A DNA stretch of 64,000 nucleotides from Nemertoderma westbladi (GCA_032718475.1 JAUCBJ010007289.1:186001-250000); one strand, 5' to 3'. Counted from the stretch's first letter, positions 36,851 through 50,997 are shown. The notes: generated from the sequence alone by a model not told the origin. A program made the numbers and translations.

Positions 36851-36902
36851 CCACAGCTACCCTAAAAGTAAAAGACAAACTCTAACTGCCAGCCACCGAA
36901 AG

Positions 36903-39900
36903 ATGAGTCGAGAAGGAGAAATGACACTGCCGCGGACCCCGGACGGCGATCTAACGATCCGTGAGGCTGCGACGCGACGGTACTGTCCCGCTACGCCGAA
37001 TCAACCGACAGCGGACGATCCGGCAATCCAAACCGAGGGGGACCGTCTAGAGCCAGAAAACGAGTTGAGGGAAGGAAGAGACGAGTCGGGAGGAGAGGGA
37101 GACGAGTCGACACAGGGCGGCGGTCAACGTGCCGAAGTCGCCGGCCAGCCACAGGCCGAGGGCGACGGCGACGGTGGGGCCGCCGGTACGACGCCAGACC
37201 CGGAGAGATAGAGGAGATGTCGGCGACGAGGACGTCGGGGTGAGCGATCGACTTCGACGGGCCTACAACGCGACCCGGAAGCTACTCAAAGAGACCAAAG
37301 GAGGGGCCAAGATAGACCAGGTGAAGTTGAAAAGGCGACTAGGTGAGTCGAATGAACATTTTAACTATTTGATGCGTTTTGGGCAGAGAGAACTAGCTGA
37401 GGAGAGAGCGAGAGGGGTTGCCAGTGAACTGTTTGAACTATGGGAGTGTAGGGGTATGCAGCCTAGTGTAGTGTACATAGGGCAATACTTAGTCGATGCC
37501 CGGGGAGTAAAATTAGTGGGTTGGAGGAGACCGAAGGAGGACGAATCCGAGGTTAACCCCGAGGATTCGGTCTCGTCGGTCGGAGGAAGTTCCGGGAGGC
37601 GGGGGAAGGTTAGTAGGACGGGAAGGCGGAGGGAGTCCGTCACAACCGATAAGTCTGCTACATCCTCCGCAAAGGAAAGACGGGTGACGGCAATAAATCT
37701 GGCGTGCCAACTCGATCTGGCGGCGCTAGACCAGAGAGAATTCGAGAGACAGATAGAGGAAGAGAGTGCGCTATTAGAGAAGGAGAAAGAACTAGTTAGA
37801 GAAAATAGAGAGAAAGCCGAGAAGGTCGCGAGAAGCTTTAGGGAGTGCGAGGAAATAGGGAGGAAGGAGCAAGAGGAGCGTGAGGAGAGAGAGCAGAGTG
37901 AACGTAGAGAGCGTGAGGCGAGAGAGCAGAGTGAACGTAGAGAGCGTGAGGCGGAACGTAAAGAGCGTGAGGCGGAACGTAAAGAGCGTGAGGTGGCGTG
38001 GGAGGCGAGACGGCTTGAGAGAGTTGCGAGAGAAGCCGAGTTAGTCGACCGGAGTACGCGGGAGGACTTGGAGAGAGAGGCAACGGGGAAGCGTGTGCGG
38101 GATGATTTACATGCCCGCCTAAGGGGGCTTATGCAATATCAATCCAAACAGAAGCGCAGACTGGAACTGGCGCAGATGGGGTTGTCAGAGAGTGACGCTG
38201 GCTCGAGTATTTTCGAGGAGCCAAGGGTTGTGGAAACATTTATTAATACCCCACTTACAGGTACCGCACGACAGACCCAAGACTGGTGTGACTGTACGGG
38301 CGGGGGGGGGGGGGGGGGGTTTAATAATAATACAGTAGACAACGTTAATATTAATAGTACCGTATTGGATAATTCTAACCAAACCTTTCATTGCAGGAAA
38401 TATTTTACCTAGTAGTAGTAATTTAAACTTCGATTTCAAATATCCGATAATCCTAATTCAAATAATCCAAATCTGAATTTACAAAATAATTCCAATAGTG
38501 TAATTATGCAAAATAATTCAATGATTTAACTTAATCCGTTTCAAAATAATTCAAATAATCTTATTTCGAACGAACAAAATAATTCCGTCTCTAATCTTGG
38601 CGCATGCAAAATAATTTAATTGAGTTAGAGGATTTAATTGATTTAACGGGCGATACTGGCTATCAGTGGTGCTATTAATGTGAACGTGTCGGACGTGTAT
38701 AACCCGGCAGATGAGGGCCTGGTAGGCCGTACAGTTAGTAGGCAGGAAGTTGCGGGGTTGAGCCAACCCGACAGGGGCCTGGTAGGCCACGTAGTTAGTA
38801 GGCCGGAAGTGGCGGGGTTGAGCCAACCCGAAGAGGGCCTGGCAGGCCACGTAGTTAGTAGGCAGGAGGTGGCGGGGTTGAGTCAACCCGAGGGGCCCTG
38901 GTAGGCCACAGTAGTAGAGAGAGAGGCGGGGGTGAGTAGACCCAGCCGCAGTAGAGTTAAGTTGTGTCGACTGAGAGAGGGGTGTAGTAGTGAAGTAAGA
39001 GATAGTGGCGTGATATGTGGCGAGTGGGGGGGGGGGGGGCTACAGGAGCCCCACAACGAGAGAGTTAGCGGCGAGCGGGGGGGGAGGGGGCAAAGAGTGT
39101 CCCACAAGCGTCGGCGGATAGTGCGCGGGGCGAATTAGGTGAACCGCAGCACCCGGCGACGGAGAGTAGTAGGGGGATTTCGAGTATCCCCAGCGGCGTG
39201 CGATCGAGCAGAGAGAGACAGGTTGACGTCGCGAGAGGGCGAGTGACGAGGCGTCGAGCCCGATCAGAAGAGGGAAGAAGAACAGTGGAGTTTAACCGGG
39301 AGGTCGACGAGAGATCTCACGAGCGGGAATACTGCACTAGCAGAGAGAAGAAGAGGAAGAGAGTAGATGGAGTGTCGCCGCGAACGACAGGAGAGCGAGG
39401 ACGGATAGCGAGCCGTCGGTAGTCGAGGTGGAAACGGAGAGTCAGTGGGGTCGAACTTCGGGAGATTGCTGTCGTCCCGGAGAAACGCGACCTGACGAGG
39501 CGCACTACGCGTCGAGAGAGGGGTACGCGATGTACCGGTACGAGGACGAGAGCAGTAGAGGGGGTCAAAGAGAAACTTTCCTGACGGGATCTACCTACCG
39601 ATCGAGATTACGGTAGCCGCAGGGAGGATTATTCGAGAAGGATTAAACTTCGATCCCGAGCGACACGTACAGACTGCAGGACATACTGTAGGCCTTACTG
39701 CACATACTATAGGCCATGCTGGGAGAGACAATATAGGCGAAAGGGTAGCGCGAACGACGGGATTAAACCCGGAAGTCGCGGAATACATACCGGCGGGTAG
39801 GCCAGAAGTTGATAGGCCTATACCGGTACCAGCACAGCAGTATGCACTACAGCATGCAAGGACATAACATATAACCAGGGGAGGGGGGAATTATTGCGGA

Positions 39901-41702
39901 TAGGTGCATGGGCCCCAATATATTAACATCAACCCCAGTACCAAACATACCGGTGGGGGGGGGGGGGGCAGGGTGATATTCCCTCATCACAATATCAACA
40001 ATATACCCCAATAGGAATAAGAACATCGAACCCCTTGGACGAGAATAGGTCGTGCGACACAGAAATATGGAGGGGGCCGCTACCCCCTATGATATATCCA
40101 AGTCAGAGGAAAGCAGCAGACAGGACGAACGGACCGCACCCAACGGGAGAACCTATACAGCACCCATCGAACCCATTGGAAGCGCAAGCGATGGGGATGG
40201 CCACATTAATCGATGCACTAAAAACCAGGATCGAGTTACCACCCGTGGAACCATTTAAATTCGATGGGAGTAGGCCGGAAGAATACCTACAGTTTTGGCG
40301 CATGTATAGTAATGAAATATTAACAAAGAACTTGACGCAGGCGGAGTGCCTAAAGTATCTGCAAGTATATACAGGGGGCCCAGCATACGACATCGTGAGG
40401 CAGTACCAGGGCATCGAGGGTGGCTTCACGACGGCATGGCGGGCGTTAGACAGGGAATACGGGCACCCGGCCAAGATCATCCGGCAGACCCTGAGAGGAA
40501 TAACATCGGGTGGCCTACAAGATAACCCCGTTAGCATAAAGACATTCGCTAACAAAGTCGAAAAGGCGCTAATCGTGCTAAAGACGCTAGACGCGCCATA
40601 CGAACTCAACGCGTCCAACAACATCACCACGATAGCGCAGGCACTACCGATATGGTTACGCAACAAGTGGAGGAAAATCGCTTTCTCCACTCGAGATAGG
40701 AAGGGTGTGGAACCGGGTTTAGAAGAGATGTCGAGCTTCTTAAACTATGAAGCTGAACTAATAACAGACCCAGTCTATAGCGAGGATAGCCTGGGAAAGG
40801 GACCAAAAACCGAATACCACAGGCTGAAACCAGAGCATAACGCGTCGAACGCATTGCCAAAGCTCAGACAGTCACTGCCGTACACAGCAACGCAGGGGAC
40901 TACTAGTCCACAAGTAGCCGGGGATAAGACCACATCATGGAGCGGACAGGGGAAAAATAACAACACAAATAAACATAACCCCAGTACGCCCAGTAGGCCA
41001 AGCCCAAACAATAAGAATAGTAGGGACTTTGGTACAAATGCAACTGCAATACGCAATGCACTGTATAAGGACGGCTACGACCCAAAGAGCAAATGCCAGC
41101 TACATACAAATGCACTTCATCAGACCATGAATTGCAGGCACTGGCAAGCGCTACCCAGGGAAGACCAGGTAGAATACGCGACAAGAAATGAGATCTGTTC
41201 GCGATGTGTGATGAGTGGTCACAGAGCCAAACAATGCAAGGAGACACTGATTAAGTTCGGTCAGAGCAAAGGACAGACAATGGCAACGAGCACCGTAGTG
41301 GCAAGGAAGAGAGGAACGGTACTATTAGGGGTAGTACCGGTAAGGATAATCGGGGAAGGCAATCGATCAGTAACCACACTGATGCTGGTCGACAGTGGTG
41401 CAGCCTTCACCTTAGTTGAGGATTGGGTGGCCGAAGAGATAGGATTGAGAACGAGGCCAAGTAGAATGGCGGTGACAACCATCTCCAGCAAAGATGAGGT
41501 TCTGGAGATGAGGACCGGACGGTGCGCGATAGCAGCGATAACACCGGGATGCGACTATGGGGCGACCATCGACCCCATCAAGGTGATAGACTCGATAAAT
41601 ATCAACGCCAGGCGACCAACCAACATCGAGGTCGAACAATATAGATTCCTGGACAGTATCGACTTCTCAATCCCAGAGGTGGGCGTCAGGAAGGTATCAT
41701 AG
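36903..41702 (+). pseudogene. A2 gag-protease with a long low-complexity or coiled-coil N-terminal extension
   Basis: VNPEDSVSSVG, E/R-rich repeats, FKFDGSRPEEYLQFW (DUF1759-like), CQLH..H..NC, CSRC..GH..QC, LVDSGA. Multiple stops and frameshifts. Confidence 0.85.
38714..38912 (+). repeat. 60-bp tandem repeat, three-plus units, within the gag extension
   Basis: GGGCCTGG(T/C)AGGCC...AGTTAGTAGGC(A/C)GGA(A/G)GT(T/G)GCGGGGTTGAG(C/T)CAACCCG. Confidence 0.9.
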
Positions 41703-43024
41703 TAGGAAAGGACTGCCCGACGGCCCACGAGAGAATGCAAACAGTCTTCGGCGAAGACAGGCAGTGTGACCCGGTGGCGATATTAACACCATTCGGGTAG
41801 ACACTGAGTGGCCCAATCAGGAGTAAGATACCATTTAGGATGTCGGAGACATCAGGATGCATGTTCGCGGGAACTATGCGAGAAATGGGAGATGAGGGAG
41901 CGGAGGAGCAGCTCAGGAGACTGCTCAGGCAGGATTTTGAGGGATTAAAGGAGACCGGGGTCGGAACCTCGGTAGAAGACAAGCAGGCTTTACAAAGTGT
42001 AGAGGAATCGATGACATGCGATGAGGGGCGGTATACCATAGGAATGGTATGGAAGCTACCGAAGCTACCACTACCCGACAATAAAGGGATGGTACTCACG
42101 AGGCTTCGTAAGTTGAAGCAGACGCTAAAACGGAGCCCCGAGAAGAATGAGTATTTCACAAGACAATTAGAAAGTATGTCGAAAAAGGATGGGCCGTGGA
42201 GTTACTGGTCGACGAACCAAACACGGACAGGACCTATTACCTGCCACTCCACGTGGCTCTAGACCCGAAGAAAGGTAAACTGCGGATGGTAGTTGACGCA
42301 TCGGCCAAGACCAACGGAAAATGCCTAAACGATTATCTGCTGGAGGGTCCCAACATCTACAACTCGGGGATCGAGGTCCTACTCCAAGTCTAGACTTGTA
42401 GTCAAGTCTACAACTAGATCCAAGTCTGTGTAACGGAAGAGGATAGCGACAGCCAACGCTTCCTATGGTACGACGGCGATGAGGAACCGTCGACCATACC
42501 AATGTATAAGATGATAGTACAGAATATGGGAGCCAAGTCATCTTCGTTTACAACGACTATGGCCGTAAGAGACACAGTAGTAGGGAAGGAAGATAAATTC
42601 AGCGCCAAAGCCGTCAATATGATTCGACGAGGTTTCTATGTAGACGACGGGATGGAGTCTGGAAATACGGTTAAGGAACTACTGGACACGGGGCGCGAGG
42701 TTCGTGACATCCTAAAAGGATCCGGGTTCAACCTAACCAAGTTCCAATCCAGCTCGCAAGAGTTCATGAAAGCCATAGAGGACAGGAGGCCAGAGTCGAC
42801 CATGGATAATCCCACAACATCCAAGGGACAGGACATGGCGAACAAGAGAGTGGAGTCCCAGCAGAAGGCACTAGGGAACATGTGGATCTGAGAGACAGAC
42901 GAGTTAAAATACCAGTTGAGTCAGGAGGGCGCAGGTATCCACACAAAGAGGGGCTATGTGTCGTATATAGCGAGGATATACAATCCCCTAGGCCTAGCAT
43001 CCCCATTACTAGTCACGGGGAAAC
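41703..43024 (+). pseudogene. A2 BEL reverse transcriptase, degraded and truncated
   Basis: YYLPLH..KLRMVVDASAK..CLND.LLEGPN, FYVDDG, GFNLTKF.S, KALG..W. Confidence 0.88.
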
Positions 43025-45387
43025 TGTAAAAGCTTTTGGGGGATATAACTGGCCTTTTCCATTCGTAATCCAGTTTTCCCCCATTCGCTCAAATCCTCTA
43101 AACTGTTGCTTCTAGTGGCACAATCCGCCCGCTGGTTGGCTGATTTGCTGTACTTGTGTAGCCTCTTTGTTCCGTTCGATCAACCAATCAGAACAACAGT
43201 TGACCAATCACAGTGATAGATTACCTCTTTGTGTGTAAAATGTATACCACGAATCACATGATTCAGTAATGACGTTTTTCCCAGCTTAGAACATCATCGG
43301 CTGTGGAATGTTTCTGAATTTTCCAACATTAGAACGTCTTTAATTATAAGATCACAAAACTGTTATCTTGGTTAACTTGGCACACTACCTACCTGGTCTG
43401 GCACGGTACTGCATACTACGTGCTGTAAACTCAAACTGCTTTTCACCGCATTATTTACTGCTATTTACGGTTTGTTATTAAATGTATCATTCGTTTGCAT
43501 ATTGTTATTTGGAGAATATTGATAAACGATCAGAAACCCCAATCTTCTTGATACACTAAGGTTAGAGAGACTGGTTACATATAGCAATTGCGACATACAT
43601 TATCGTGGTTTGTAGTGAATTCAATGCTACTTAATAGGCCCTACAAATGTCGGTTGCTGTTCTCTTTATACATGATTAAAATCAGTGAATATCGGCAATT
43701 CAGTGTGCAGTGGTGTGCAATAGTCTGTATGTGCTTGACCGAGTAACAAAGCATTTCCTAAAGAATGCACCTTTTGTGATCTATAAGCCATCCCGTTGTG
43801 TATAGTGTAAGTCATAACTCTGTTTATATGGATAGAGCGCCACGTCCTAAAGAACTGCTAATATTTCCCGAAAGTGAATAATATTTGTCAGAGATTATAT
43901 ATTAACGATCAATCGAATAGTACGGTAGGCCTGCACCGCAATCAAATTAAAGCATCCGAATCCAGTCTCCCGGTTAGGTTTCTCTTTCCTTACTGTCTGT
44001 ATTACATTATAAATACGTGACTACAGTAAGATGAAATATCCGTACTAATTAAAGTACAATAAAGCTCCTACTATATTTAAGTATTATTGGTAGGCAGAGT
44101 ATTAGGAATGCAAAGTTCAGATCCTCGTGTCTCGGCTAAACCAAGCTCTGGGTAGACCTTGGAAATGACTTGCCTCTTCTCACTGACATTGCTTCGTGCG
44201 ATATTGCTCTCATACCGTATATTAAATAATACATATAGTAGCGTGATGTCCCTTTAACAGTAGCGTAAAACGCAAAATAAATATGTTAAACCCTTTGAAA
44301 ATCTGCAATTCTAGTCGATTAAGATATCGCGGCACCCACCGATATACTTGAAAGACAAAATTCTAGAATCAGTGGTTAACGTCCCCAGACAAGTTCTGGA
44401 ATAAACTGGTGCCCATCCTAAATATTAATTATTAATATTTACAAAATCTGTCAAATTTCAGATCCTTTAAAATTCTAGTCGATTAAGATATCGTAGCACT
44501 TACCGATACTCTTAAAAAAGACAAATTTCCTAGAATCAAGGATCCCAGTCCCCAGATATGTTCTGGAATAAAATTGTGTCTATTTAACATTAAATAATAA
44601 AATTGACGGGAATAAATTTAAATTCATATTTTTATTGAATTCAATAAATTGTCATTTTTATACAATTTATAACATTCCCAAAATTCCTTTAATTAATAGA
44701 TCATGGGAGCAGAGATTCACTCTATTAAGTGTATTAGTGTGCGAGAATCTCCAATATATAGTCAATAGCCGATAAAATTCATAAAATCATGTATAGAGAG
44801 GATATTGACCATTAAAGAATTACTATTAAATAGCATCCCAGATCTGTATGCATGAGAATTACCCTAATTCTACCGCTAGCTTTCCATAATGTCACCATGG
44901 CAACAACCATGCTAGAATTAGAAGTGAGTTAAAAGAACAATAGAAAGCTTGCCCCATTGAATAGCATAGGAATAAATAGCGCACTGCTAGTATCCAAGGA
45001 TACATAATAATAAAGTGACATTCTGGAAGGCACTGACTAACGGACAAATGGCCCGAATGTGTACAGTTTGTGACAGTTGTGTTGAATTTGTGCGTTTATA
45101 GGTGAATGTTACTGCTAAAGTGTGTTTACAGTAGCGAGTCGCAATTGTGAAAGTAGCCCTAACTCTCCAGAAAGAGCCTGAAGTACATCTAAGCCTTTGG
45201 GACGGACAGTGGAGTGACTTGTGCCGGTTATCGTTGTCATTGTGTAGCTACATGGCGAAAGCACAGCGACGACGGTACATCGGCGCTGAGGATCTTGCAC
45301 TGTCCGGGGGCAAAGAGGGGTAGGCAGCGACGCCCGCTAGCCTAAAATATAAACTCATTATAATATTGATAAACTCATATAGCAGAT

Positions 45388-48357
45388 ATGACTGAGTTGA
45401 TAGAAGATGATCTTGGTATCAGGGAGCGATATACTCTACCTTCTATACCTTCTATACCTTCTACCTACTATACTTGATACGAGGCGACGCTGGTCCAACT
45501 ACTACGGAGGATGATGGTTGTTATATCGAACCGCCAATGTCCCCGGAGCAACTTACGCATGAATTGGATTATAGAAAGTTCACCGCTCGCTATACGCATC
45601 GTAATGGTACGTATATGGACTTCTTAACTACTGGCCATCCTATCGATTTACACGATACAGACGATGTAGACACCGAAAGGGAAATGGTTTTATTTAAAAA
45701 TCATACCCAGCGGAGTCGGCACGATGAACCGAGAATGGAACACGAGAATTCTATTCGAAATCAACTCGAAAGATAGAACGTGGAAGAAGGCTTGTAAAGA
45801 CAAATAGAGGAGAACCACTGGAGAAGAGACATGGGTTAATGTCCTGGGTCCATAATGTGAATAGTTTTCCCCGGGGCACGGGTGCTCGCGGGCGGTCTCC
45901 TTCGGGAGGCTGTAATTTTCTCTTCCTTCATCGTTTTCCTGTAATTATTGTGATCAGTGTCACAATTAAAAGGCAAGAATGAATGATGACATGACGGAAA
46001 ACATGTCCATTGTTATATCTTATGGATACTACCATATATCCTCCCTCCTCTTTACTCCCCTTATCTCTCTATACATCGCTATTGAAAATACAACATACTT
46101 CGTCCCACCTTCTCTTCCCAACGCGCTCGGAGATTTGGGAGACGATCGACCGATCATTGCCGTATCGTGGTATTGATCATACCGCCTCTTAATAAACCTC
46201 CCATCCCTTACTATTAATCTGGATGCTTATATTGGTGTCCGCACCGCCTATCCATGTCACATTCTGTTGATATTTATGATATCAACTTCCACCCTCTCGT
46301 TGTTGATTAGAAAATCAGCCATCAATGATTTCCTTAAGTCCACAACCGTGATACAAGGACTGAAAGGACACGCGGATAGTTTGTGAACAACTGGTACCAT
46401 TATGTGTCATAAATCTGGTTGTTCACCTCCCTAATCACTAGGGATAAATTCATTTGGAGATAGTCTTAGAATGTTTGAATCCTCCTACTAAGATCGTATT
46501 TCTGAATATTTCTGAATACGACATAGGTCTTCCCCTGCTCGCTACCATCAATGGAAGACATATTAGGCATACAACAGGAACATGGAGAACATTCCATACC
46601 CTTTCGTCGATACTCAGCTGATTGCTCCCTGGGCAGAAGGCCGAGGTTTCTTCCGCACTATGTATGCCAATACACCCAGCGGCATTACTAAAGTACAACG
46701 AACCTCCATCGGGCATCTTGCCTTTCAAGAATACGGATGGAATTTCATGGTTGGAAATCCTACCAATTACCAACAAGTATATGGAGATCATTATTCTCGT
46801 TTATACTTTGATGGACCATTGACCGCACCTGGCGCCGTATATAGCTTTATGAGTGTTCCACTTCGTCCCTCCTTAGCTATATACACGATCTTTGAAAATG
46901 CAGCACTTGCCGGTTGGCTAGCCGATGTGTGCAGTCGTACCATACGCGCCCATCCCTTAATACTTGGAACCAAACTCGCCAAGTTAGATGAACACAATAA
47001 ATTCATCCGCTTCGAATGTTTCAGGCGCTTTCTGACTCCGTTCCGTAACGTTGTAAGTCAGTTCAAGGACCGCGCTCTGACCAAACTCAGCCTAAGAGAC
47101 TCAGCTGCGGAGAAGCTAAACAGCGCGGGATTTGCCCTTTTCCAGGACGTTTGTATACAGAACTTACATTCATCTGTTATACAAAGACCCCGAATACCCA
47201 CGGGTTATTCTGTCGTGGAAGTTCAGACATTGGGTCTGCTTGCGGAGACAGCCGCACCTACCTCAGCTATGCAATTGGAAGATGAACCAATATGCTTAGA
47301 ATCTGAGGCGATTCAGCCTACAGCGCCCCGGAGCAGCGATAACGACTACGTCTTAGAGTGGTATCAAGGTCCACAATGTCTCACCGCATACGATTATCGA
47401 CACGCCAACTATGTTTCTCGAAAACGTTGTCGATTATACGCATCGAGAGACCATTTCACCCCTATGGACTCAGACGTACCCTGCTCCTATTTCCACGAAC
47501 AACCGATGATGGAGATCTATTGTGCGTATTGCAGACTTAATAACTCGCACATTTTTGCAGTCTGCCCCCAATTTATGACTCAATGCCACCACTGTCAACT
47601 TAAAGGACATGCCAGTTATAATTGCCCCTTTAATCGCGATTTAGAAAGCGTAGATGAGATGATTACCCTGCGCTACATCCGGGCTTGGGAAGCGAACGCG
47701 GATTTACATTGTGAGTCCCGCCATCGCTATTACCCTGGACGCTCTTACGAGGGAGTTTACGCGTTCCATCCTTATTTATTCGCGTCTGTTGAACAAAAAA
47801 CACGCACACCGAGTTACGAACTAATGAAGCGTGTTGGTGAGTGTATTTCCACCAAATTTGTTCGAAAATATCTCAGGAACGTCAATCCTAACGATATTAC
47901 TTCATACCATTTGATCAATTTCATCCGTTAAAACCCTGAGTATGGTGATTTATTTATCAACTCGCACCCTGAGTTACAGGAAGTATCTCGATGGCCCTAC
48001 GAATATCGAGCCCGAGAACGCGAGCTGGAAAGAACCATTAAACCGAGGAAGTTTCTCACCACTCACGGTCCACCTACCGCCATTGTCCAGACGACCCGTC
48101 AAGGACCCGTAGGAGCTGCTGTCCTAAGACGCGCCCTAAAGGCCGTTAGACCTCGCTCCACTGAAGTTGATATCGATCAACCAGGTACTTCGACCGGCGG
48201 ATACACCGATCGTAATCCCAAACCTTCTGATGCAATTGTATTGCACTCTTCACCCAGGAGTTACAGCCCTCCTAGTAAAGTGGCTCGCCCCAAAGAGAAA
48301 AGGACTCTTGCTAGCCTCAAAAAACTGCGTAAATGCCGTCCGCGTAAGAAAGACTAA
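45388..48357 (+). pseudogene. Family B accessory gene in B2 (start, central domain, CCHC domain, tail); longest open piece 46582-47931
   Basis: PYPFVDTQLIAPWA matches PRPFVDTKLLLLWA; LADVCSRTIRAHPLILG..RRFLTPF matches LADIVARVLKHHPLVFG..KRFLTPF; CAYC..H..C, CHHC..GH..C and AWEANADLH follow. Confidence 0.85.
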
Positions 48358-48435
48358 CTGTTTAGAGTATTTTTATATTTTAGAAACTGTGATTTTTTAT
48401 ATTTTATAGACTAAAATCCCATTTTCTGGGAGCGG

Positions 48436-49616
48436 TGTAAAAGCTTTTGCGGAATTAGCCGGTTATTTTCCCCGTAGAGTACTCTGTAGTTGGTTTAACA
48501 GGCACAAAAGGCTGTATCCTTACTGTACTGGTGTTTTAGTTGACATAAAAGGCCATTTCTTCTGTATGTGTACTTTAGCGGACATAATTAGCAATTCTAT
48601 GTCGCAATAAACTAAATCCTCTTGAAACAGTGTAGTTACTATGATGACAGCTAACAGCTGAGCTGTACACGTGTAGCTTTTCCTTGTTCTCTGGTGTTTC
48701 TTTGTTCGGTCAACCAATCAGAGCGATTCTCCTGCTTTTGTACAGAAACCTCCGAGAAATCGCGCAATGCATTATGGGTCAATGTTTACATTTTTGTCCT
48801 GAGCCCAGAAGACCGGCTTTGGAATCTCTGTGTTTTCAGTCTTTAGCCCAACATTAGTAGGCTTAATTATAGAATTTATATCTGTTATCAAACCAATTCA
48901 TACCATACCAAATCACATATCATAACCATTTATACCTTAACATTTGTACTGCTATTTACTGTCGGTTATTCATTATATCAGTTGATGGAATATTATTATT
49001 ATTTGGAATACCGATAAATAATTACAAAACCCTCAATCTTCTTGATATACTGAAGGTAAGAGAGACCGGTTACATATAACGATTGCGACTTACATTAAAG
49101 TGGTTTTGAAGTGAATCTAATGCTATTTCATAGGCACTACATGTATTGGTTGTTGTTCTCATTATATGTGACTAAAATTAGTGAAGGTCGGCAGATCGGT
49201 GTGCAGCATTGTGCAGTATTGTGTATGATTGTGATGGATAACAAAGCATCTCCTAAAGAATGCGCCATATACGTGAATTCATAGCCATCCCGTTGTGTCT
49301 AGTTTAAGTCATAACTCTGTTTACATATTTAGAACGCCACGTCCTAAAGGAACTGTTAATATTTCCCGAAAGTGAATAATATTTGTCAGAGATTATATAT
49401 TACAATCAGTCGAATAATACAGTAGGCCTACACTGCAATAAGGTTAGGCTTCCGAATCCAGTCTCCCGGGTATATCCAGCGGGTGAATGGTCGCGCATAG
49501 ACTGGCTTCGGCTAATGTAGTGTATCAAATACTCGTCATAGGCTAAAGACGATTTATTATCTAGAAGACATCCAAATTTGGCAGGTTAAACTGCTAAAGG
49601 TCTAAAAGCGCGAACA
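48436..49616 (+). repeat. Family B 3' LTR (B2)
   Basis: GGGAGCGG|TGTAAAAGC...GCGCGAACA; closest to 52395-53563. Confidence 0.92.
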
Positions 49617-50997
49617 GAGGAGGAAGCTAGGGCACAGAGCTACGGCTTCGAGGAACAGGCGGCCTTAGACGAACTTCGTTGGACCTCATCAGGGAGTTCG
49701 GGGGAGTCTCTAGGGCGAGAACTAGGATGGACGGTGGGATCACCAAAACAGTCGACGTCGGGATTGCAGACGACGCCCATACCAGCGGGCGCCGAGGGCG
49801 ACCAGCTGCTAAGGAGGCTAGGGGAGCTAGAAGGATGGAAAGTTACGGGCGAGAACCAAGGCGGGAAGGGACATAGTGGGTCCACTGGGATACCGGGGTT
49901 GGAGCCACTGCCAGAGGAGGACGAGGACGACGACGAGTTCAGAGAGATGCCGCCCATCGGGAGGATCGGCCACTCAGACACGGACTGGGTTGGCGGGAGG
50001 GTGGTGACGGCCAGTGGGGCGAGGGCCTTCTGGGATAGACCCGACAAGCGGGCCTGGGTGCATGAGGAGCCGGCGATGGATTTCGCGGGGAGCACCATCA
50101 GGTTGGGCGAGCAACCGGGGACGGCACCACAGGTAGTATTCGGGGAGACGATCCCTGGGAGGGGTGATGAGATCGATGTAGACAGGGACGCTAACGTCCG
50201 GAAGTTCGCTTACCCACAGACCGCGGAGATCGCTTGGGACGAAAGACGACGTGGGGCAGGAGACATTGGTGCTCGGCTGTGACTACTGTGGGAGGCAGAC
50301 CCATCAGGAAAGGAGCTGTTTGTACCGGTTCCAGAAAGGGACTAGTTGTCTCTACTACCGCGAGTCGAGCCACAGGATGGGGGCGTGTCCACGGTTGCAT
50401 AACCGATGTTCGAAGTGTAACTTTCGGGGACATTACAGACGCCAGTGCGACTGGATGGACGACGAAGAGAAGTTTAGGGTCTTTGAGGAGTGGGCCGACG
50501 TCGGGGCCATGACTCGGCAACGCATGAAGGCCCAGGAGTTCCGGTGGGGCTTCTTTAACATCAATCAGGAGGCCCACATGGAGATTATCAAACGGAGGCT
50601 TCCGTTTACCTACCAGGAAGTGGCGACGGCGGCGTCATATGCTGGAGTGATAAATACGCAGAGGTATTTGGATAGGTGGACGCCACAGAACAGAGGAGAG
50701 TTCAGGGACTTCTTGGCGGAGCATGTGCCGCGGGCAATGAAAATGATCCCATGGGACGCCACCAGGGGGAGACAGCAGGGCCACTCGGAGGGGCCACCCG
50801 CGAAGCGATACCGGGAGCTAATAACACCGGCACCCAAGGAGTCGACGACCGGGATCAGTAAGGAGGTGGTGGCGAGAGTCCGAAGCCAGAAAGCAGACAA
50901 GACCAAAGGAGCGGCAGTGACCAGGAAACGACCAAGGGAGGAGGATGACAGAGGGAGAGACTTGAGGTGGTTCCCAAAGGCTGGTGGAACGAACTAA
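49617..50997 (+). pseudogene. A2 accessory ORF, 3' portion, frameshift near 50215
   Basis: Close homolog of 2-1360 with a short deletion and Cys loss in knuckle 2. Confidence 0.88.

Larger units (their letters stand above)
43025..49616 (+). mobile_element. Family B chimeric remnant B2 (truncated diverged LTR, spacer, accessory pseudogene, 3' LTR)
   Basis: LTR start TGTAAAAGC at 43025 is cut near 43973 and fused to sequence homologous to the reverse complement of 22500-24380. Flanks GAAAC and GAGGA do not form a TSD. Confidence 0.85.
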
